Source: Christensenellales bacterium (GTDB taxonomy: Bacteria > Bacillota > Clostridia > Christensenellales > UBA1750). Taken from it: a DNA stretch of 32,783 nucleotides. The stretch is taken from the NCBI GenBank assembly GCA_050309765.1, contig JBNRMU010000050.1, positions 1 through 32,783 of the forward strand. The letters run 5' to 3'. The notes under the pieces are model-generated. The model made no database searches, was not told the DNA's origin, and was given only the letters and a program-made list of their open reading frames with translations. Position numbers and translations under genes: made by a program. Shown piece by piece: positions 27,767 through 32,783 of the stretch (its first letter is position 1; each line of letters starts with the position of its first letter).

Positions 27767-28600
27767 TTACTTGCTGCCCCTGCGACGAACGATGAACTTG
27801 TCGGTGGGGTTGCGATGCTTGCGGGTCTTGCGTCCCTGCGTGGGCTTGCCCCAGGGGGTCACAGGACCGGGCATACCAACGGGGGACTTGCCTTCGCCGC
27901 CGCCGTGGGGGTGGTCGTTCGGGTTCATGACAACGCCGCGGTTGTGCGGGCGCTTGCCCATGTGGCGAACACGGCCGGCCTTGCCCAGGTTGACGTTCTC
28001 ATGGTCGATGTTGCCGACCTGGCCGATGGTCGCCTTGGCGCCCAGGGGGATCAGGCGAACCTCGCCGGAGGGCAGGCGGACCTGCGCGTACTTATCTTCC
28101 TTGGCCATCAGCTGCGCCGAGTTGCCGGCGGAGCGGACGAGCTTTCCGCCCTTGCCGGGGAGCAGCTCGATGTTGTGGATCAGGGTACCCACGGGGATGG
28201 CGCTGATGGGAAGGGCGTTGCCGGGCTTGATATCGGCGGTCTCGCCGCTTACGATGGTGTCGCCGACCTTCAGGCCGTAAGGCGCCAGGATGTAGCGCTT
28301 TTCGCCGTCCGCATAGTGCAGAAGAGCGATGTTGGCGCTGCGGTTGGGATCGTACTCGATGGTGGCAACCTTGGCGGGCACGCCGTCCTTGTTGCGCTTA
28401 AAGTCGATGATGCGGTACTTTCTGCGGGCCTGACCGCCGCGGAAACGGACGGTGATGTGGCCGTGCACGTTGCGGCCAGCCTTGCCGCGCTTATCCTCAA
28501 GCAGCGACTTTTCCGGAGTGTTGGTCGTGATCTCCTCGAAGGTGGAAACCGACATGAAACGGCGTCCCGGAGAAGTCGGCTTATAAAACTTGATAGGCAT
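27767..28600 (-). CDS. rplB: 50S ribosomal protein L2
   Basis: KPTSPGRR...IEYDPNRSA...[13 protein letters not shown]. Confidence 0.99.
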   Translation of the reverse strand: MPIKFYKPTSPGRRFMSVSTFEEITTNTPEKSLLEDKRGKAGRNVHGHITVRFRGGQARRKYRIIDFKRNKDGVPAKVATIEYDPNRSANIALLHYADGEKRYILAPYGLKVGDTIVSGETADIKPGNALPISAIPVGTLIHNIELLPGKGGKLVRSAGNSAQLMAKEDKYAQVRLPSGEVRLIPLGAKATIGQVGNIDHENVNLGKAGRVRHMGKRPHNRGVVMNPNDHPHGGGEGKSPVGMPGPVTPWGKPTQGRKTRKHRNPTDKFIVRRRGSK

Positions 28601-28632
28601 TTGGGACTTACCTCCTTAGGAAACGTGGTTCT

Positions 28633-28926
28633 TTAGGCCATACCCTCGAAGAACTCGATGGGCTTGGAATCGGCGGTCAGCTTCACGAAAGCCTTTTTGA
28701 CCTCGGGCCTGCGGCCGGAGTTCATGCCCATGCGCTTAACCTTGCCGATCTGACGAAGGGTGTTGACTCGCTCTACCTTCACGCCGAAGATGGCTTCGAT
28801 CGCCTGCTTGATCTCGGTCTTGTTGGCCCGGATGGCGACCTCGAAGGTGTAATCCTTATCGGAAATGGTCTGGTAGCTCTTTTCGGTGAGTACCGGACGG
28901 ATGATCACATCGTGGAAATCCTTCAT
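28633..28926 (-). CDS. rplW: 50S ribosomal protein L23
   Basis: [10 protein letters not shown]...[20 protein letters not shown]. Confidence 0.99.
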   Translation of the reverse strand: MKDFHDVIIRPVLTEKSYQTISDKDYTFEVAIRANKTEIKQAIEAIFGVKVERVNTLRQIGKVKRMGMNSGRRPEVKKAFVKLTADSKPIEFFEGMA

Positions 28927-29543
28927 GCGTACACCTCCTCAACCTTGGGCAACGCCGCCTGAAGAATGACCAGCTTCTCGTACTTGAGAATGTCGTACAC
29001 GTTCAAGGTGTTGACATAGGCCAGCTTCAGGGACTGGATGTTGCCGCTTGCGCGCTGCACGCTCTCGTCCTTTTCGTTGAGCACGACCAGCGCCTTTTCG
29101 GCGTTGATGGCCTTCAAAACGGCGGCCATCTCGCGGGTCTTGGGCTGGGAAAGCTTAAGCTCGTCCAGCACGACCAGTTCGCCGGCGTCCACCTTGGCGC
29201 TCAAAGCGCACTTCATGGCCAGACGCTTCATTTTGCGGGGTACGGACTGGGAGTAATCCCTGGGCTTGGGCGCGAACACCACGCCGCCGTGGGTCCACTG
29301 CGGGGAGCGGGTGCTGCCCTGGCGGGCGCGGCCGGTTCCCTTCTGCCTCCAGGGCTTCCTGCCGCCGCCGGAAACCTCGGCGCGGGTCAGGGCGCTCTGG
29401 GTGCCCTGACGCTTGTTGGCCAGCTGGGCCTTGACCACCTGGTGCACAACCGCCTCGTTCATTTCAACAGCGAAGATGCCTTCGCTCAATTCTGCTTCGC
29501 CTACCTTGGCGCCTTGCATATTCAACACGTCAACCTTTGGCAT
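28923..29543 (-). CDS. rplD: 50S ribosomal protein L4
   Basis: [33 protein letters not shown]. Confidence 0.99.
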   Translation of the reverse strand: MPKVDVLNMQGAKVGEAELSEGIFAVEMNEAVVHQVVKAQLANKRQGTQSALTRAEVSGGGRKPWRQKGTGRARQGSTRSPQWTHGGVVFAPKPRDYSQSVPRKMKRLAMKCALSAKVDAGELVVLDELKLSQPKTREMAAVLKAINAEKALVVLNEKDESVQRASGNIQSLKLAYVNTLNVYDILKYEKLVILQAALPKVEEVYA

Positions 29544-29574
29544 GATTTTCTGTCCTCCTTAACGCTGCCCGCCC

Positions 29575-30216
29575 TTAACCCTTGACGGAGTTGCGAACGA
29601 TGAGCAGGCCGCCGTTGGGGCCGGGAACGGCGCCCTTGATGAAGAGCAGGTTCCTCTGGGCGTCCACACGGACCAGCTTTAGATGCTGGATGGTGACGCG
29701 CTCGTGTCCCCACTGACCCGCCATGTGCTTGTTCTTGAACACACGGGAGGGATCGGAGTTCGCGCTCAGGGAGCCTACGCCGCGGTGATACTTGGAGCCG
29801 TGGGCCATGGGGCCGGTGTGCGCGTTCCAGCGCTGGATGACGCCGGAATAGCCGTGGCCCTTGCTGGTGCCCACAACGTCAACAAATTCGTCCTCGCCGA
29901 ACACATCCACCTGGATCTGCTGACCTACTTCATACTTTTCGGCATCTTCGAGCCTCAGCTCGCGCAGATACCTGGTGGGGGCGACCCCCGCCTTTTTGAA
30001 GTGGCCTTGCTCGGGCTTGTTCTTAAGCTTCTTTACACGGGACTCGGGCAGAGTCTGGAAGCCTACCTGGATAGCCTTGTAGCCATCCTTCTCCACGGAT
30101 TTGACCTGCACCACAGGGCAGGGACCCGCTTCGACGACGGTCACGGGAACGACGGTGCCATCCTGGAGGAAAAGCTGCGTCATCCCGACCTTCGTGCCGA
30201 GAATTGCCTTTTTCAT
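29575..30216 (-). CDS. rplC: 50S ribosomal protein L3
   Basis: Start reset to ATG 30216 (RBS GAGG); [14 protein letters not shown]...GTSKGHG...HGSKYHR...IKGAVPG. Confidence 0.99.
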   Translation of the reverse strand: MKKAILGTKVGMTQLFLQDGTVVPVTVVEAGPCPVVQVKSVEKDGYKAIQVGFQTLPESRVKKLKNKPEQGHFKKAGVAPTRYLRELRLEDAEKYEVGQQIQVDVFGEDEFVDVVGTSKGHGYSGVIQRWNAHTGPMAHGSKYHRGVGSLSANSDPSRVFKNKHMAGQWGHERVTIQHLKLVRVDAQRNLLFIKGAVPGPNGGLLIVRNSVKG

Positions 30217-30235
30217 TGGTTGGTCCTCGCTTTCA

Positions 30236-30544
30236 TTACAGCTTGATTTCGATATCCACACCCGCGGGCAGATCCAGGCGCATGAGCGCGTCTACCGTGC
30301 GGGGGGTAGGAGAGAGGATGTCGATCAGGCGCTTGTGGGTGCGCATCTCGAACTGTTCTCTCGAATCCTTGTACTTGTGGGGCGAGCGCAGGATGGTCAC
30401 GATCTCCTTCTGGGTGGGAAGGGGGATGGGGCCGGAGACGCGGGCGCCGGTGCGCTTGGCGGTCTCGACGATGCGCTGCGCGGACTGGTCGATGAGGCTG
30501 TGCTCATAGGCCTTGAGCTTGATGCGGATTTTCTGATTGGCCAT
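30236..30544 (-). CDS. rpsJ: 30S ribosomal protein S10
   Basis: [11 protein letters not shown]...GPIPLPT...[18 protein letters not shown]. Confidence 0.99.
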   Translation of the reverse strand: MANQKIRIKLKAYEHSLIDQSAQRIVETAKRTGARVSGPIPLPTQKEIVTILRSPHKYKDSREQFEMRTHKRLIDILSPTPRTVDALMRLDLPAGVDIEIKL

Positions 30545-30559
30545 GCGGTTAAAACCTCC

Positions 30560-30727
30560 TTGTTTTAGCGATGTTCACACAGTGTCTCATGAACACTTAG
30601 CCGTGTGTGCCGCACCTTAATTTTTCACGGCGAGTGTGAACTCGTCGTCCATCTCAAAAACGGACTGGTCCACGGGAATTACCCGGCGGCCGACCGGCAA
30701 CCTCCCGCTTCATCCCATGCGGCAACT
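30560..30727 (-). ncRNA. S10 operon 5' leader RNA (Firmicutes/Clostridia type)
   Basis: GATGAAGCGGGAGGTTGC...TCCCGTGGA core resembles the Firmicutes rpsJ leader as I recall it; further hairpins GTCCGTTT/AGATGGAC, GCCGTG/CACGGC, TGTTCAT/GTGAACA. Confidence 0.7.
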
Positions 30728-30732
30728 CATTT

Positions 30733-30761
30733 ATCATACAGCATAAGACAGGCATTCGCAA
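30733..30761 (-). promoter_or_regulatory. S10 operon promoter
   Basis: TTGCGA-N17-TATGAT just upstream of the leader. Confidence 0.7.
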
Positions 30762-30834
30762 GGGTGGGATTTTGTTTTACAAACATTTAACGGACCATTT
30801 TGCCCGTATAACAGCCATTTCCCGCAATTTGCAT

Positions 30835-30870
30835 AAAACAGGGGCCCGCGCACGCAAAACGCGGGCCCCT
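30835..30870 (-). terminator. Terminator after the membrane protein gene
   Basis: AGGGGCCCGCG/CGCGGGCCCCT perfect stem + GTTTT on the minus strand. Confidence 0.75.
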
Positions 30871-30890
30871 ATAAGCGATGGGAATGCGGT

Positions 30891-31688
30891 TTATGTGGTC
30901 TTGCCCTTGCGCGCCAGCAGGCACCAAAGCCCGGCCAGCAGCAGGCCAAAATACAGCGAGCGTGCCTCCATCTGGAACAGGAAATTGCCCAGACCCCCCA
31001 GGATGCCCAGCACCCCGGGCACATACAAAAACACCAGGCTTATAATCGTCATCGCGCCGCCCAAGGCCACCAGCCACCAGCCCTGGCGGCTTTCCTTCTT
31101 TATAATAGGTAGCAGCGCCGGCGCGCAGAGCAGCGGCAGCAGGGTAAGCGTCCAGATAAGATACTGGTTTGCGGGCACTCTTCCCATCGAGCTGTGCAGC
31201 ATGTAACCCATCAGGCCGTCGCGGGCCGCGGTTTCCAGCAGCGCCAGCAGCAGCACCGAAAACAGCGCCGCCGCCCTCGACAGGTCGAAACGGCCCAGGC
31301 TTTTCTGCCGCACGACGCTAAGGACGAATACCAGCAGGAAGCAAGCCCACAGGCACAGCCCCAACGGCGATAAAGACACGAGCCCCACAGGCAGGGCATT
31401 GCCGCCGTAATAGCCGCCGAAAAAGGGCTGCTTGTTCAGGGGCAGCAGGAGCATGCCCAGCACCAGGGCGGGCAGGAGATTTGCGGGCGCCTCATCCTCG
31501 CGCAGGAGCCCGAGCAGGTAAAGCCCGACGGCCATCAACAGATACAGCAGCAGATAGGGCACGAAAGCCCGCTGTTCGTACAGGCCCGCCTTGGCGGCGC
31601 CGGCGGGCGCAGCCAGCAGCCATCTGGCCAGCACGGTCGTCAGCACCAGCAGACAGCCGCCCAGGATGGTCCAACGCTTCTTTTTCAT
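30891..31688 (-). CDS. Polytopic membrane protein (about 8 hydrophobic segments), unknown function
   Basis: 265 aa, very Leu-rich, host-like GC-rich codons; no family recognised. Confidence 0.8.
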   Translation of the reverse strand: MKKKRWTILGGCLLVLTTVLARWLLAAPAGAAKAGLYEQRAFVPYLLLYLLMAVGLYLLGLLREDEAPANLLPALVLGMLLLPLNKQPFFGGYYGGNALPVGLVSLSPLGLCLWACFLLVFVLSVVRQKSLGRFDLSRAAALFSVLLLALLETAARDGLMGYMLHSSMGRVPANQYLIWTLTLLPLLCAPALLPIIKKESRQGWWLVALGGAMTIISLVFLYVPGVLGILGGLGNFLFQMEARSLYFGLLLAGLWCLLARKGKTT

Positions 31689-31745
31689 CGCTTAACCCCA
31701 CTTCTCTTAATTCATCATGATTAAGGATGTTCTGAATAACTATGC

Positions 31746-32474
31746 TTAGAACTTCTTGAAAACATTAACAGTAGCACTGTTGTCATCATAGAAGTATGCT
31801 GTAGAATCGGCAGAGAAATAAGAATCTATTTCCGTTAAGTAATGAATCGGAGCAGAATCCGGACTAGATAGTGTGTATTTTGTTCCGCTAGACGGACTAT
31901 TAAAGTTTCCGCTGTTATAGTTAATATTCGGAATTGTCCTACACACTTCATTCTCTGCACGAATATACCTGACAGCAGTACTAGTTTGTGTGATCCAATG
32001 CTTAGAGCTTGTACACTGCACATAAGGCACACCTAAAGAATCAGATCCTGTGCTCCAAAACACTTGCACATACACTCTAACTCCTGCACCTGCATTGACA
32101 GAATTCTGTTTACTATATGATGCAAGGATTGTGGTTATATAATCTTCACGGAAACCTTTGCTTCCTATGAGCACACGTGATACAAGTTGCGTCGTCTGAA
32201 ACGCTTGAATTGGTCTAATAATATTGCCATCTTTGTCTTTTAGATAAGCAGAATAACCTCCCTCAGATTCGATTTCTTTTGCAAAGTCACTTCGTTCATC
32301 AATACCAGCAATTGCCCGAGCAAACAACTCTTGTTCGTTTACAATTTCTGCACGTTGAATCGGGATTCGAGCTTCATTTTTTGGCAGCTCGGCCGCATAG
32401 GCGATCGGAGTTAGGCATAGAACCAACATACAACAGCAAACCAGGAACGACATCATCTTACTACTTCTACACAT
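31746..32474 (-). CDS. Low-GC putative secreted protein (242 aa), unknown function
   Basis: ATG 32474 after AGAGGAG; signal-peptide-like FLVCCCMLVLCLTPIAYA|AE; S/T/N/Y-rich, likely beta C-terminal half; spot count GC about 38%. Confidence 0.8.
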   Translation of the reverse strand: MCRSSKMMSFLVCCCMLVLCLTPIAYAAELPKNEARIPIQRAEIVNEQELFARAIAGIDERSDFAKEIESEGGYSAYLKDKDGNIIRPIQAFQTTQLVSRVLIGSKGFREDYITTILASYSKQNSVNAGAGVRVYVQVFWSTGSDSLGVPYVQCTSSKHWITQTSTAVRYIRAENEVCRTIPNINYNSGNFNSPSSGTKYTLSSPDSAPIHYLTEIDSYFSADSTAYFYDDNSATVNVFKKF

Positions 32475-32525
32475 GCCAACTTTCTCCTCTCTTATTTTGT
32501 TCAATTGTGTCTTACGTGCATCTGT

Positions 32526-32554
32526 ATTATAACACGTTTTCTTTTTTATTTCAA
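32526..32554 (-). promoter_or_regulatory. Near-consensus sigma-A promoter with AT-rich upstream region
   Basis: TTGAAA-N17-TATAAT with TG extension. Confidence 0.8.
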
Positions 32555-32593
32555 TGCATTTTTTCAAAAATTGAATTTTATTTCCATGATCAT

Positions 32594-32632
32594 AAAAAAG
32601 GGTCCCGATTCCTTGCGGAACCGGGACCCTTT
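32594..32632 (-). terminator. tuf terminator
   Basis: AAAGGGTCCCGGTTCC-GCAA-GGAATCGGGACCCTTTTTT (GNRA loop). Confidence 0.9.
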
Positions 32633-32646
32633 AATGGCGTATTTGC

Positions 32647-32783
32647 TTACTCGATAACCTTGGAAACAACGCCGGAGCCAACCGTGCGGCCGCCCTCGCG
32701 GATAGCGAAGCGCAGGCCTTCCTCAATGGCGATAGGCGTGATCAGCTTGATCGTCATCTTGATGTTGTCGCCAGGCATTACCA
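32647..32783 (-). CDS. tuf: Elongation factor Tu, C-terminal fragment
   Basis: Manual translation [44 protein letters not shown]. Confidence 0.98.
   Translation of the reverse strand, partial: VMPGDNIKMTIKLITPIAIEEGLRFAIREGGRTVGSGVVSKVIE

Noticed and set aside
14668-30568. Long plus-strand ORFs over the ribosomal operon (e.g. 18759-20117, 25999-27555)
   Set aside because: Antisense to conserved genes, with no recognisable products
31716-32590. CATGAT direct repeat at 31716-31721 and 32585-32590 as a target-site duplication
   Set aside because: Only 6 bp, with no terminal inverted repeats or transposase; compatible with chance
1-32783. CRISPR array, tRNA/rRNA genes, IS elements, REP-like repeat family
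   Set aside because: None seen by eye; the intergenic hairpins differ in sequence and behave as terminators or leaders

Overview
High-GC (about 60%) Clostridia-like chromosome segment; the class is inferred from gene order and protein sequences, and no finer taxonomy is claimed. The left ~14.6 kb is accessory/metabolic. It holds a GH2 glycoside hydrolase with two discoidin (F5/8-type C) domains that runs off the window and is missed by the ORF track, two tandem serine esterases, a candidate stand-alone small RNA, an orphan radical SAM enzyme and a GH42 beta-galactosidase. These are followed by a DUF5655-like protein, a ComEC-type MBL lipoprotein, an aldo/keto reductase with an Fe-S tail, a 60-aa membrane microprotein, a frameshifted radical SAM/SPASM gene, a CD3324-family + RNHCP operon preceded by a leader peptide and attenuator-like RNA, and a PfkB kinase. 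The right ~18 kb (minus strand) is the complete S10-spc-alpha ribosomal protein superoperon (rpsJ to rplQ, with secY, adk, map, a KOW protein, infA and rpoA), with structured leaders before rpsJ and rpsM. A two-gene insertion (low-GC secreted protein plus polytopic membrane protein) lies between rpsJ and the 3' end of tuf. The strongest novelty candidates are the leader-peptide-controlled CD3324-RNHCP module, the intergenic sRNA at ~4690-4797 and the tuf-rpsJ insertion. Family names come from motif recognition, not database searches. No tRNA, rRNA, CRISPR array or transposase was seen.
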